NCBI GenBank assembly: GCA_964534375.1
Contig: CAZHPN010000059.1
Coordinates: 1 to 31,750 of the forward strand
From: an uncultured bacterium
Lineage (GTDB): Bacteria; Lernaellota; Lernaellaia; Lernaellales; Lernaellaceae
Direction of reading: 5' to 3'
DNA length: 31,750 bases
In this document: piece by piece, positions 8,279 to 18,145 of the stretch
How positions within the stretch are numbered: the stretch's first letter is position 1
How the letters are laid out: each line of letters begins with the position of its first letter
Position numbers and translations under genes: made by a program
The notes under the pieces: model-generated
Told to the model about the DNA's origin: nothing
What the model saw: only the letters and a program-made list of their open reading frames with translations
Database searches by the model: none

Positions 8279-9679
8279 TCAACGGAACCGGACCATGTCG
8301 AAGAGTTCGAGCGTGTACAGCAACTGGTGCACGATCGACGGCGGCTGGCCCGACTGCTCGGTGAGTTCCCCGATCGTCCGCTCGCCGTCGATGAACATGA
8401 AGGCGTCCAGGTGCTCGTCGCGCCATTGAATGCGTCCGACCAGCGGCAGCCGCTCTTCGTTCTTCACGACAACCTTGTTCTGCGCCGTCGCGTATCGTCG
8501 TTGCAACGCCGCCGCGTCGTCTTTCTGCACGATCGCCTTGTACGTCAGATCGAACAGCTCCATTTCGGGGCGTTTGATCTTTGCGGTCCAGGACGTGTCC
8601 GCCACGAACGAGTACTCGCCCGCGGTCAGCGCCAGCGTCGCGATCAGGCGGCAGTTCACCTCATGAAGCAAGTACGGCGCGAGTTCGTCGGCGTCGATCA
8701 GGCCGGAGTCGGCCATGGTCTTGCCGACCGTCGTCTTGCGGTCGCGCGCCATGCGTTCCGCCCGCGCCAATTGGTTGGCCGTGATCTTGCCGTCGGCGAC
8801 GAGCAAATGCGTGAAGGTTTCGGCCGGCGAATTGCTTTGCACATACAACGGCACGCCGTTCTTGATGAAGATCAAGCGGGTGAACGGCGGCGCCGTGACC
8901 GTCAACTTCCCGGTGACGCCTGCCAAATAGAAATGCGCGAGCACTTGCTCGATCGGCGCATCGGCCAACCGGCCCGCCGGGGCGAACGACGCCGTTTTCG
9001 CCGCTGGGGCGGCCGGCGTCTTTGGTTTCGGCGACGCGGCGGCCGGCGGCGGCGCTTTCACCGCGGGCGCGGGGGGCTCAGGCGGCGGCGCTTTCTGCGC
9101 GGGGGTAGGAGGCGGCGCGGGCGCAGGCTCGGCTTCTTCGACCTCGATCGGCACGTCGAACGCATCAACCGGCGCTGCGGCCGCGGGGGCGGCGGGCGCG
9201 GCCGGCGACGGCTCGGCGATCGGCGCGCCGGGCAGCGGCGTGGCGCCGGGCGTCGGGCGTTCGATGCCCAGCAATCCGCAAAGCAGCTTGGCGACCGCGA
9301 CCAGGTTGAGCGGCTTGATGAGATACTCGTCCGCGCCGTACTTGGTCTTCGCTTCTTTTTGCAGATTGTACGTCTTATAAAGCGCGCTCATCAGCACGAC
9401 CGGCGTCGGCCGCGGCCCCTTCTTGATGCGTTCGCAGACCTGAAACCCGTTGACCTTCGGCAGCAGCACATCGGCGAGCACGATATCGGGGCGGTCGCGC
9501 GCAAACGCGTCGAGCCCTTCCTGTCCGTCGCGAGCCGGGATGATGCGGAAGCCGTACGCTTCCAAGAACTGGTGGACGATTTCCAACAAGTCCCCGTTGT
9601 CTTCGATCAACAGGACTTTTACTTCGGCGGACAGCCCTGCGGCGCCTGTCCCGGGTGCAGCTTTCGTTTCCGCGTTCAT
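8279..9679 (-). CDS. Response regulator: receiver domain, Pro/Ala-rich linker, DUF4388-like C-terminal domain
   Basis: VLLIEDN, DIVLADVLLP and YLIKP receiver motifs; long PAAP linker; TGKLTV...IFIKNG...ALTAGEYSF region. ATG overlaps the upstream TGA. Confidence 0.8.
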   Translation of the reverse strand: MNAETKAAPGTGAAGLSAEVKVLLIEDNGDLLEIVHQFLEAYGFRIIPARDGQEGLDAFARDRPDIVLADVLLPKVNGFQVCERIKKGPRPTPVVLMSALYKTYNLQKEAKTKYGADEYLIKPLNLVAVAKLLCGLLGIERPTPGATPLPGAPIAEPSPAAPAAPAAAAPVDAFDVPIEVEEAEPAPAPPPTPAQKAPPPEPPAPAVKAPPPAAASPKPKTPAAPAAKTASFAPAGRLADAPIEQVLAHFYLAGVTGKLTVTAPPFTRLIFIKNGVPLYVQSNSPAETFTHLLVADGKITANQLARAERMARDRKTTVGKTMADSGLIDADELAPYLLHEVNCRLIATLALTAGEYSFVADTSWTAKIKRPEMELFDLTYKAIVQKDDAAALQRRYATAQNKVVVKNEERLPLVGRIQWRDEHLDAFMFIDGERTIGELTEQSGQPPSIVHQLLYTLELFDMVRFR

Positions 9680-10602
9680 GTTTCCTTGGATTTCGTCGCG
9701 ACGCGATTCCGGCCGGCTTGCTTGGCGCAGTAAAGCGCCTCGTCGGCGAGGCGCAGCAATTCCTGGCCGTCGTCGATTGCGCCGGACATCGCCTGGCACA
9801 CGCCGGCCGAGATGCGCACGTTTGCTCGCCGGCCCTCGAATTCGAAATCGGCTTTTTCGACATTCTGGCGGATGCGCTCGGCCAGCAGCGTGGCGCCGCT
9901 GGTGTCGGTGACCACAATCGCAAATTCCTCGCCGCCGTACCGGCCGACGACGTCGCCGGCCCGGACCGCGCGGCGAAAGATGTCCGCCAGGCCGCGCAGC
10001 ACGAAGTCGCCGAAGAGGTGGCCGTGCGTATCATTGACTTCTTTGAAGTGATCGACGTCGAGCATGATGACCGCGAGCGGCCGGTGATAACGCTGCGCGC
10101 GGTTCACTTCGACCGCGAGCAGTTCGAGCAAATGGCGGTGATTGTACAACCCGGTCAAACCGTCGGTGACCGACATCTCCGCCAGGCGTTCGTTGGCCGC
10201 GCGCAATTCGTCCTGCAGCCCCTTGATGCGCAGCAGGCCGCGGACGCGCGCCGAGAGCTCTTCGATGTCGAACGGTTTGGTGATGTAATCGTCGGCCCCG
10301 GCGGCGAAGCCTTCGAGTTTCGATTGGGTGTCGTCGCGCACCGTGACCAGCACCACGGGCGTAAACGTCGTCGCGTCCGACGCCTTCAACCGGCGGCACA
10401 CTTCAAAGCCGCTGATCCGCGGCATCATCACATCGAGCAGGACCAGGTCGATCTTCTCCCGCGCCGCCGCCGCCAACGCCTCGTCGCCGTCATACGCCGG
10501 CACGACCTCATAATTCAGACCCATGAGGTACTGCGTCAGCAAATCGACGTTGTCCGGATTGTCGTCGACCACGAGAATTCGGTGGGAATTGGCCGGGGTC
10601 AC
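9676..10602 (-). CDS. Receiver-GGDEF diguanylate cyclase (PleD/WspR-like)
   Basis: Receiver ILVVDD/LLDVMMP/ITKP; TDGLTGLYN, DVDHFKEVNDTHGH, I-site RAGD and intact GGEEF. GTG start overlaps the upstream stop. Confidence 0.92.
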   Translation of the reverse strand: MTPANSHRILVVDDNPDNVDLLTQYLMGLNYEVVPAYDGDEALAAAAREKIDLVLLDVMMPRISGFEVCRRLKASDATTFTPVVLVTVRDDTQSKLEGFAAGADDYITKPFDIEELSARVRGLLRIKGLQDELRAANERLAEMSVTDGLTGLYNHRHLLELLAVEVNRAQRYHRPLAVIMLDVDHFKEVNDTHGHLFGDFVLRGLADIFRRAVRAGDVVGRYGGEEFAIVVTDTSGATLLAERIRQNVEKADFEFEGRRANVRISAGVCQAMSGAIDDGQELLRLADEALYCAKQAGRNRVATKSKET

Positions 10603-10967
10603 TCGTCCCCCAGATATTGGCGGACCACGCGGTCCAGTTCGTTGAAGTCGACCGGCTTCGATAGATAGGCATTGCAACCGGCCTGGAGCGCTTTCTCCTC
10701 GTCGCCGACCATCGCATGCGCGGAGATCGCCACGATCGGAATGTCGCTGGTCCGCGCGTCGGCCTTCAGCGTGGAGGTCGCCTGCCAGCCGTCGATCAGG
10801 GGCAACGACAAATCCATCAGAATCAAATCCGGCCGCAGCCGCTCGGCCATCGCGATGCCTTCCTGACCGTCGGCGGCCTCGAAGATCTCGTATTGATCCT
10901 GAAAGAACTGCACGAGCAATTCGCGGTTGTCTTCGACATCTTCGACGATCAGGATGCGTTTCTTCAT
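10599..10967 (-). CDS. Single-domain response regulator (DivK-like)
   Basis: ILIVED, LILMDLSLP, ISAHAMVGDEEKALQAGCNAYLSKP. Confidence 0.92.
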   Translation of the reverse strand: MKKRILIVEDVEDNRELLVQFFQDQYEIFEAADGQEGIAMAERLRPDLILMDLSLPLIDGWQATSTLKADARTSDIPIVAISAHAMVGDEEKALQAGCNAYLSKPVDFNELDRVVRQYLGDE

Positions 10968-12985
10968 CGCGATTGCGCTCCGTTGCCGTCGGCGGCGTCC
11001 GCCGCGGGCGCGATTTCGCGCGGCTCGACCGCCGGCCCCGGCGGCATTTCGTGCGTGGATTCGCCGCGCATTAGCGGTTGCGTGGAGGCGTGCCGCACCG
11101 GCAGCAAAACCGTGAATTTCGAGCCGACGCCGGGTTCACTTTCCACAAGAATATCACCTTCAAGCAGGTTTGCCAACTTCTTGGAAATCGCCAAACCGAG
11201 GCCGGTGCCGCCGTATTTGCGGCTCGGCGAACCGTCGACCTGCCGGAACTCCGTGAAGATGTCTTCCAGGTGCTCGGCCGGAATGCCGATGCCGCTGTCG
11301 GACACCCACAGGCCGACCCACGGCCCCTTGACGCCGGCCGCGCGCTCGCCGAGCCCGGAGTCGTCCAGCGGCCCAAAGCCGGCCTTGATGAAGCCGCGTT
11401 CGGTGAATTTGGCCGCATTGCCCAGCAGGTTGATGACGATTTGCTGCACTTTCGGCCGGTCCGTGACCATGACGATATCTTCGGCCGGCGCGTCCAGCGA
11501 CGCGCGGATCGGCCGGCCTTCGAGCAAGGGGCCGATCGTTTGCAGGCATTGCTCCAGCAGGCGTTTGAGCGAGAATTTCTCGACGCCGACATCCATGCTG
11601 CCCGCCTCGATCTTCGATAGGTCGAGGATCGAATTGAGCAGCTTCAACAGGTTGAGCGCGTTTCGCCGCACGCGGTGCAGATTCTTGAGTTGCAGGTCCG
11701 GCAGCCGCTCGCCGGCGCGCTGAATGACCAGCGTCGTGAAGCCGATGATCGAGTTCATCGGCGTGCGCAACTCGTGACTGACGTTGGCCAGGAACTGACT
11801 CTTGAGCCGGTTCGCCTCTTCGAGCTGCTGATTCGCCCCGCGCAGTTCGTCGTCGCGCTGGCGCAGGGCGACCGACATTTGATTGAACGTCGTCGCCAGC
11901 ACCCCGATCTCGTCGGCGCTGCGCACCGGCGTTTCCACGTTCAGTTGGCCCGCCGTGATGGCCTGCGCGCCGGCGGCGAGTTGCAGAATCGGCTCGGTGA
12001 AGCGCTGGGAAATGACGTAGACGAGCAGGATGATCAGCACCGTCGCCAGGCCGGAAAGCACGATGAACAGGAGGCGCAAGAACGCCGCCTGGCGGTAGAT
12101 GACCTCGTCTGCGGCTTCGACGCACACGAGCCAGGGCGTTTCCAGTTCGCGGTCGCCGCGGACCAACGCGTAGCCGACCGTCTTGCGCTCGGGCCAGTCG
12201 ACGCGAAAGATGCCGGTCGGTTTCTGCGCGACCAGCGCCTTGAGGTCGATGCGCAAGGGGTAGATCTGCCCTACCATCTCCTGCTCGCGGTGCGCGATCA
12301 CACGGTTGACGCCGGGCTCGAGCAAGAACAACGAACCGGCGAGATCGCCCGCGTAGGCGGCCTGCGCCGTGTCGAGAATATCCTGGAAATAGCTCCAGTC
12401 GACGTAGGCCAGCAAGTAGCCGCGCACGCGGCCCGCGTCGTCGTAAATCGGCGCCGACATCGTCAGGCTGTCGCCCTTGCGCTCGAAGACCTGCGTCAGC
12501 AAGCTCGAAAGCCGAAAATCGGAAACGTAAAAGCCTTGCTTCATCGCGGCGGTGAACCAGGGGCCGTCGCTGAGTTGGTTGCCGAGCATCGCGTCCGTCG
12601 GCAAGCCGTTGCCCCGACGGTCCTGGTTGTTGATCGCCAGCAGCTTGCGATGCGGGTCGACCAGCAACAGCAAATCGTACATCGAATAGGCGGTGATCAA
12701 CTTGTTGAACAGCGGACCGATCTTGCGCGGGTCGCCTTTTTCCTGCAGCGCCTCGAGAAACTGCGGCAACTGCGACCAAGCCTTGATTTCGGTGCGCCGC
12801 ATCTGCACGGCGCGTTCGAGATTGTAGGCCGTCTCGACCGCGATCAGATTGATCAGCCGCAATGAATGATCGCGAATCGCGCTGCTGATCTGGTAGTACG
12901 CCAACGCGCCCAGAGCGATCGTCGGCAGCAAGCTGACCAGCGACACCGCGATAATCAGCTTGTAGTAGATGGAAAGGGTTTTCAT
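10964..12985 (-). CDS. Membrane sensor histidine kinase (Cache-like sensor, HAMP, HisKA, HATPase)
   Basis: Two TM helices; DEIGVLATTFNQM HAMP; FLANVSHELRTPMN H-box; NLLGNAAKFT, DSGIGI and GGTGLGLAI boxes. Confidence 0.92.
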   Translation of the reverse strand: MKTLSIYYKLIIAVSLVSLLPTIALGALAYYQISSAIRDHSLRLINLIAVETAYNLERAVQMRRTEIKAWSQLPQFLEALQEKGDPRKIGPLFNKLITAYSMYDLLLLVDPHRKLLAINNQDRRGNGLPTDAMLGNQLSDGPWFTAAMKQGFYVSDFRLSSLLTQVFERKGDSLTMSAPIYDDAGRVRGYLLAYVDWSYFQDILDTAQAAYAGDLAGSLFLLEPGVNRVIAHREQEMVGQIYPLRIDLKALVAQKPTGIFRVDWPERKTVGYALVRGDRELETPWLVCVEAADEVIYRQAAFLRLLFIVLSGLATVLIILLVYVISQRFTEPILQLAAGAQAITAGQLNVETPVRSADEIGVLATTFNQMSVALRQRDDELRGANQQLEEANRLKSQFLANVSHELRTPMNSIIGFTTLVIQRAGERLPDLQLKNLHRVRRNALNLLKLLNSILDLSKIEAGSMDVGVEKFSLKRLLEQCLQTIGPLLEGRPIRASLDAPAEDIVMVTDRPKVQQIVINLLGNAAKFTERGFIKAGFGPLDDSGLGERAAGVKGPWVGLWVSDSGIGIPAEHLEDIFTEFRQVDGSPSRKYGGTGLGLAISKKLANLLEGDILVESEPGVGSKFTVLLPVRHASTQPLMRGESTHEMPPGPAVEPREIAPAADAADGNGAQSR

Positions 12986-13066
12986 CCGCTCGTCGCGCCC
13001 CTCGTCGCGACAGGCGATTGTACACGCTTTTCCGCGCCGCGCGCCAGTGCGCACCGTGCGTTCGGG

Positions 13067-13095
13067 TTGACAAGCCGGGGCGTTTTCCGAATAGT
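13067..13095 (+). promoter_or_regulatory. Possible promoter for the lepB pair
   Basis: TTGACA-N17-AATAGT. Confidence 0.3.
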
Positions 13096-13173
13096 ACGCC
13101 CAACTTTTTCCCGGGCTTGGTGTCCAAACCAAAATTCGGCAGCGGGGCGACGGGAAGCCGGTCGCGGGGGGCG

Positions 13174-14058
13174 ATGTTCGAAACGCGCAAATTGAACCGG
13201 CGGCGACGGGACGTCGCGGAATGGCTGGCGGGCGCCCGCGTCGCGCTGGCGCAGCAACCCCCCGACCCCATCGAGGCCGCCGCGCGCGAAGCCTTGGAGC
13301 AACGGCTGCAACGGCTCGAAGCGCTGCTCCCGACCGCCCAGCTCGACGAGCTGGAGGCGGAGTTCGGCGAATGCCGGCGCCTGGTCGACGGCCCGCAGCC
13401 GACCCGCCGCCTGGCCATCGTGCGCGAGTACGTCGAGTTGATCGCCGTGGCGCTGGCGCTGGCCCTTTTTGTGCGGGCGTTTGTCGTGCAGGCGTTCAAG
13501 ATCCCCTCTGGGAGCATGATTCCGACGTTGCTGGTCGGCGATCACATTCTGGTCAACAAGTTCATCTACGGCATCGCGGTGCCGTTCACCGATCGCAAGA
13601 TTCCGCTGTCAAAGCCGCGGCGCGGCGACATCGTGGTTTTCAAGTTTCCCGACGACACGACGAAGGACTACATCAAGCGCGTCATCGGCCTGCCCGGCGA
13701 CACGATCCAAGTGCGCAACACGGATCTGATCGTCAACGGCAAACTGCTCGGCAAGGTTGCCGACGGCGAGTTTCGCTTCGAAGACCCGAAAGGCTACGAC
13801 CATCTCAGCGAGCTGTTCGACGAGACGATCGACGGCCGGCGCCACCTGGTGCTGTACGACAAGACGACCACGCGGATGGATTCGACGCGGACGGTCCCGC
13901 CGGGGCAGTACTTCTGCATGGGCGACAACCGAGATCACTCGAACGACAGCCGCTCGTGGGGCTTTGTGCCGGCCCGCTACCTGAAGGGCCAGGCGATGAT
14001 CGTTTACTTTTCCTGGCCGCCCGGCCAACTGCGGCGGGTCGGGCGAATTTTGCACTGA
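13174..14058 (+). CDS. lepB: Signal peptidase I (copy 1)
   Basis: IPSGSMIPTLLVGD (catalytic Ser), YIKRVIG (catalytic Lys), MGDNRDHSNDSR. Confidence 0.93.
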   Translation: MFETRKLNRRRRDVAEWLAGARVALAQQPPDPIEAAAREALEQRLQRLEALLPTAQLDELEAEFGECRRLVDGPQPTRRLAIVREYVELIAVALALALFVRAFVVQAFKIPSGSMIPTLLVGDHILVNKFIYGIAVPFTDRKIPLSKPRRGDIVVFKFPDDTTKDYIKRVIGLPGDTIQVRNTDLIVNGKLLGKVADGEFRFEDPKGYDHLSELFDETIDGRRHLVLYDKTTTRMDSTRTVPPGQYFCMGDNRDHSNDSRSWGFVPARYLKGQAMIVYFSWPPGQLRRVGRILH

Positions 14059-14095
14059 CCGCGCGCCCGGCCGCCGGGCCGCATCGAGGAACGCG

Positions 14096-14980
14096 ATGTT
14101 TCGCCGACGCAACCTACGCAAGATCCGCAAGCTCGCGCAACGCTGGCTGACGCGCGCCCGGCGCGACGTCGCGCGGCATCCGCAGGGCTTTTCGGCGGCC
14201 GACCGCGCGGCGATCGATCGCGGGTTCGCCGCACTCGACCAGGCGCTGCTCGGCGACGATCCCGAGCGCATCGCGGCCGACCTCAATTTGTGCCGGCGCC
14301 GGGTGGACCAGGGGCTGCCGTTTTATCGCGTCAGTTGGGTTCGCGAAAACGTCGAAACCATCGCCATCGCGCTGGCGCTGGCCTTGTTCATTCGGGCGTA
14401 CGTGATCCAGACCTTCAAGATCCCGTCGGGCAGCATGATCCCGACGCTGCTAGTCGGCGATCAGCTTGTGGTCAACAAGTTCACCTACGGCGTTCGCCTG
14501 CCGTTCAGCGGCAAGCGGATTTTCGAACGCCTGCCGCGGCGCGGCGATATCATCGTTTTCCGCGGGGTCGACGACCCCAATAAGGATCTGATCAAACGCG
14601 TGGTCGGCCTGCCCGGCGACGTCATCGAAGTCCACGGCGCCGACCTGCTGATCAATAGTCAACCGGTGGCGCACGTGCCGGAAGGCGCGTACAACTTCGC
14701 CGACCCCTATGGCGGCGCGCACCACGCCGAACTCGACGAAGAAGACCTCGAAGGCGTCAAGCACCCGGTGCTCTTCGACCACGCCGTGGCCCACAGCTTC
14801 GACATGGTCCGCCGCGTCCCCGAGGAGAGCTTCTTCTGCATGGGCGACAACCGCGACCACTCGAGCGACAGCCGCGTCTGGGGCTTTGTGCCCATGCGCA
14901 ACGTCAAAGGCCGCGCCATGGTCATCCACTTCTCCTGGCCGCCAACGCAGTGGAAGCGAATCGGCACGGTCCTGAAATAG
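14096..14980 (+). CDS. lepB: Signal peptidase I (copy 2)
   Basis: IPSGSMIPTLLVGD, LIKRVVG and MGDNRDHSSDSR; GAGG RBS. Confidence 0.93.
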   Translation: MFRRRNLRKIRKLAQRWLTRARRDVARHPQGFSAADRAAIDRGFAALDQALLGDDPERIAADLNLCRRRVDQGLPFYRVSWVRENVETIAIALALALFIRAYVIQTFKIPSGSMIPTLLVGDQLVVNKFTYGVRLPFSGKRIFERLPRRGDIIVFRGVDDPNKDLIKRVVGLPGDVIEVHGADLLINSQPVAHVPEGAYNFADPYGGAHHAELDEEDLEGVKHPVLFDHAVAHSFDMVRRVPEESFFCMGDNRDHSSDSRVWGFVPMRNVKGRAMVIHFSWPPTQWKRIGTVLK

Positions 14981-15229
14981 CCGGCCGAAGGACGCGAACC
15001 CCCAATTGGCTTTGTTTGGTAATTTGGCCTCGCCAGCCCGGATGGCAGACGGCGCAACGCGGCCCTATCTGCGCCAAAACGGTCATAAGACGGCGCGCCA
15101 CGCCGTTTACCGCCGGCGGTGAAATCTCAATAAAACCGCCGCCAGTCGCAATAAGGCGCCGCCAGAGCAAGCCCGCCCCTGCCGCCGAAATCAACGCCGC
15201 CGCCCGTGGGCGACGCGTTTCGTGACACC

Positions 15230-16027
15230 TTAGAGAACAAGCGCGTCGAAGAGAAACGGGCGTTCGCCTGGCGAGGCCGACGACAGCACAATCTGCGGCG
15301 AGGCGCCGACCGAACCGGCAGACTCGCAGCGCCAGCCGGTGTGCGCCGGGAAACGCACGTGCGCCCGGACCGCCCGGGCCGCAAAGACCCAGGCCTCGAC
15401 CGGCTGAAAATTGAGGCCGTGAAAGGCGTGGTCTACGAAACCGCCGCAGAGCAGCAAGCGGCCGGCCGGCAAGCCCTCCATTGACATCACGACGTTCTGG
15501 CCGTGTTGCAGGGGCACGGCGACGCCCCGTTTGAGCAATTGGCGAAACTTCCCCCAGGCGACCTTGACCGACCCCGGCGGCGCCACGGCAATCTCGTTCA
15601 GCCGATCGACCAGGCGAAACGAGATCTGCATCTCCGGCCGCACCCACAAACCGACGTAGACGTCGCCGACGAGCCACTCCGACTCGCGACGCCACCCCGC
15701 GGCCGTGAGTTTGCCCACGCGCAGCGCTCCGAAACACGAAAAGACCCACACCCGGGCGTGGGTTGGCGCGCCAGGCGCCAGCAATTCCCCCGCGGCCATC
15801 GATTCGAGGCCGTCGAAGCGGCGTTTGTCGCGCGCATACCCGTCGAGCCACGCCGGAAAAAACGCCGCGCCGTCGCCGTCGCGCTTCAGCGGCGCCACCA
15901 GGGCGTCGACCTTGCGCCAGCCGTCCGGCGACGGCCGGCGCAGGTAGCGGTTCATCGTGACGGTGATGAAGACGATGAACGCCGCCGTCGCCAACAGGCC
16001 CGCGCCGAAAATCAGTTTCGCGCGCAT
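15230..16027 (-). CDS. Hypothetical protein with N-terminal TM anchor
   Basis: Hydrophobic N-terminus; starts 4 nt after the upstream gene's stop. Confidence 0.6.
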   Translation of the reverse strand: MRAKLIFGAGLLATAAFIVFITVTMNRYLRRPSPDGWRKVDALVAPLKRDGDGAAFFPAWLDGYARDKRRFDGLESMAAGELLAPGAPTHARVWVFSCFGALRVGKLTAAGWRRESEWLVGDVYVGLWVRPEMQISFRLVDRLNEIAVAPPGSVKVAWGKFRQLLKRGVAVPLQHGQNVVMSMEGLPAGRLLLCGGFVDHAFHGLNFQPVEAWVFAARAVRAHVRFPAHTGWRCESAGSVGASPQIVLSSASPGERPFLFDALVL

Positions 16028-16031
16028 GTGC

Positions 16032-17180
16032 TCAGGCCCTCCAACTCGTGATCAGGGTCGCCAGAAAATGGATGCTCACCACGGCGCCGAACGCCGCCGT
16101 CGCCGCCTCGCGCTGCCGCGCCCCTTGGGCCCCCACCTGCCGCGCGAGCGCGACCGCCGCCATCGCAAACACTGCCGACGGCAAATAGAGATAGCGCAAC
16201 ACTTCGGTAATCGGCCGGAAGTTGGCGAAGCAGAACGGCAGCAGCGCCGCGATCAGCCACAGCAGCAGCGCCCGCAGCGGCGCCGAGCCGTACGCCGCGC
16301 CGGCGGCGAGCAGAATCACGGAGGCGTCCACCAGCAGCAATTTCGCCCACACGGGCATTTCCGTCGGCCACAACAGCAGCGTGAGCAGATCGAAGAACCG
16401 AAAAAGGATATTGATCGACGCGCTCGCCCCGCCCCAGGCGTGCGCGATTTCGCCGTAAGGATATTTCGCGACGAAAACGGCGATCGCGGCAAGCAGTACG
16501 AACGCAAACGGCCAGTATTTGTTGGCGAAGGCGGCGAGATTCGCCAGGGTCAAGCGTTTGCGCTCGGGCGGCAAATAAAGGCCGTAGTCGAGGATCGCCA
16601 TCGCCAGGAGCATCGACCAAGCCATCTCCTTGCTCACGTGCGCCACGAGGAAAAACAGCAGCGCGGTCGCATACGCGAGCTTGCGGCCGTTTTGCAGAAA
16701 ACGCACGAACGCCAGCAGCCCGGCGAGGTAGCAAACCAGGCCGATGCCGTGGGTGAACATCGCCGACACGTACGTCACCGTGAAGAAAGGCGGGACGAAA
16801 CTGACGAACAGCACGCCGGCGGCGAAGCCCGCCCGGTCGGACGAGAAAATCTCGCGCGCCAACGCCGCCGTCAGCAGGGCGCAGGCCAAGTGAATCAGCC
16901 GCGCCAGCACGCCGTACGGCGCCTGCCGCTGGCCGAAGGCGCGGACCATCACGGCCCAGACCGCGGACTGCATCGGCGTATAGTAGGTGTTGGCGCCGCC
17001 CGAGGAGGTGATGAGGAACGGGTCCAGAATGTCGACGAGCGTGTGGCGGTCCACCGTGTCGCGGTAGTTTTCGTTGTTGTCGCCGACGGCGAACTGCACC
17101 GCCTTCACGCCCGGCGCGTACAACACCGCGCCCAGCGCCGCGATCGCCGCCAACATCGCCGGAAAGCCGAACTGTCTCAC
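16032..17180 (-). CDS. Polytopic membrane protein, probable GT-C-fold glycosyltransferase (start uncertain)
   Basis: About 10 TM helices; GDN loop, YYTPM (YRP-like), SKE and RYLYLP motifs as in PMT/TMTC-like proteins. Confidence 0.65.
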   Translation of the reverse strand: MRQFGFPAMLAAIAALGAVLYAPGVKAVQFAVGDNNENYRDTVDRHTLVDILDPFLITSSGGANTYYTPMQSAVWAVMVRAFGQRQAPYGVLARLIHLACALLTAALAREIFSSDRAGFAAGVLFVSFVPPFFTVTYVSAMFTHGIGLVCYLAGLLAFVRFLQNGRKLAYATALLFFLVAHVSKEMAWSMLLAMAILDYGLYLPPERKRLTLANLAAFANKYWPFAFVLLAAIAVFVAKYPYGEIAHAWGGASASINILFRFFDLLTLLLWPTEMPVWAKLLLVDASVILLAAGAAYGSAPLRALLLWLIAALLPFCFANFRPITEVLRYLYLPSAVFAMAAVALARQVGAQGARQREAATAAFGAVVSIHFLATLITSWRA

Positions 17181-17477
17181 CGCCGGCCCCCTCGCCCGCG
17201 AACCGCCGTCTCCGCGATCACCGCCAACTGTTCGGAACGGGTCGAATTTAACATACGACCGTCGAAATACAACGGGTTTGTTTGCCGCGAACGCCCGCGC
17301 GACGGACGAAGGAAAACCGCGAAGGAAGGCGATTGAAGGGTTTCGTCGCAAAGGCCGGCCTGGAGACCGGCGCGCCCAGCGAGAAATAGGCGGGCCTGCG
17401 CCGACGCGAGTCTCGACAACCGCCGGGAACTGCGGCATGATTCCGTTCGCCGCCAAACACCAAATGGAGATTTCGCC

Positions 17478-18145
17478 ATGCCGGCGCCGGAACTTGCCGG
17501 GAGCGCCGACGCCCCCGTCGGCGACGAAATAACAAACGCCGACGAGGGCGTCGGCGCTCCCAGCGAGACCCCCAGCAATGACCGCGGCTGGTTTTCTCGC
17601 GGCTATCTCCCGCACTTCGATTCGTCTTTTGTGATACAAGTAGTCACGTATCGGCTGGCCGATTCGCTGCCAAACGAGGTGGCGAGGCGAATGCTCGCGG
17701 ATTATCCCGAGGGCTGGAAATCCCCGGCGTATCGAAAGCGCATCGAGGACTACCTCGACGCCGGGCACGGCGCGTGCTGGCTGCGGCGGCCGGAGATTGC
17801 GGCGCTTGTCCACGATTCATGGCGACATTTCGACGCGGCTCGTTACCGCCTTCACGCCTGGGTCATATCATGCCCAACCACGTGCACCTCGTGGCGCAAA
17901 TGATGGAACCGAACGACCTTGCCGCGGTCGTCAACGGTTGGAAGTCGTTCAGCGCGAGAAGAATCAACGAACTCCTGCGTCGCCGCGGCGCGCTTTGGCA
18001 GCGTGAATATTGGGACCGCTTCATTCGCGACGAACAACATTATCAACGCGCCGTGGCATACGTGCACGAAAATCCCGTGAAGGCCGGTTTGGTCTCGCGA
18101 GCGGAAGATTGGCCTTGGAGCAGCGCCGGCGCGTGGAGCGCGTGA
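17478..18145 (+). pseudogene. REP-associated tyrosine (HUH/Y1) transposase, frameshifted
   Basis: Frame 1: RGYLPHFD...VTYRLADSLP...HAWV. Frame 2: MPNHVHL (HUH)...WQREYWDRFIRD...YVHENPVKAGLV...WPWSS. Removing the extra AT at 17865-17866 restores WVIMPNHVH. Confidence 0.85.
17499..17561. repeat. REP doublet hairpin (25-bp arms, 1 mismatch)
   Basis: GGGAGCGCCGACGCCCCCGTCGGCG / CGCCGACGAGGGCGTCGGCGCTCCC. Related GAGACCGGCGC(G/T)CCC units at 17363-17377 and 18181-18195 flank the transposase. Confidence 0.8.

Noticed and set aside
14981..15229. Intergenic region with several CGCCGCC motifs as an ncRNA
   Set aside because: Spacing is irregular, with no convincing promoter, terminator or recognisable RNA family.
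16032..17813. 593-aa version of the membrane protein
   Set aside because: The first ~210 aa are antisense to the transposase and its REPs; protein-like sequence starts near 17180.
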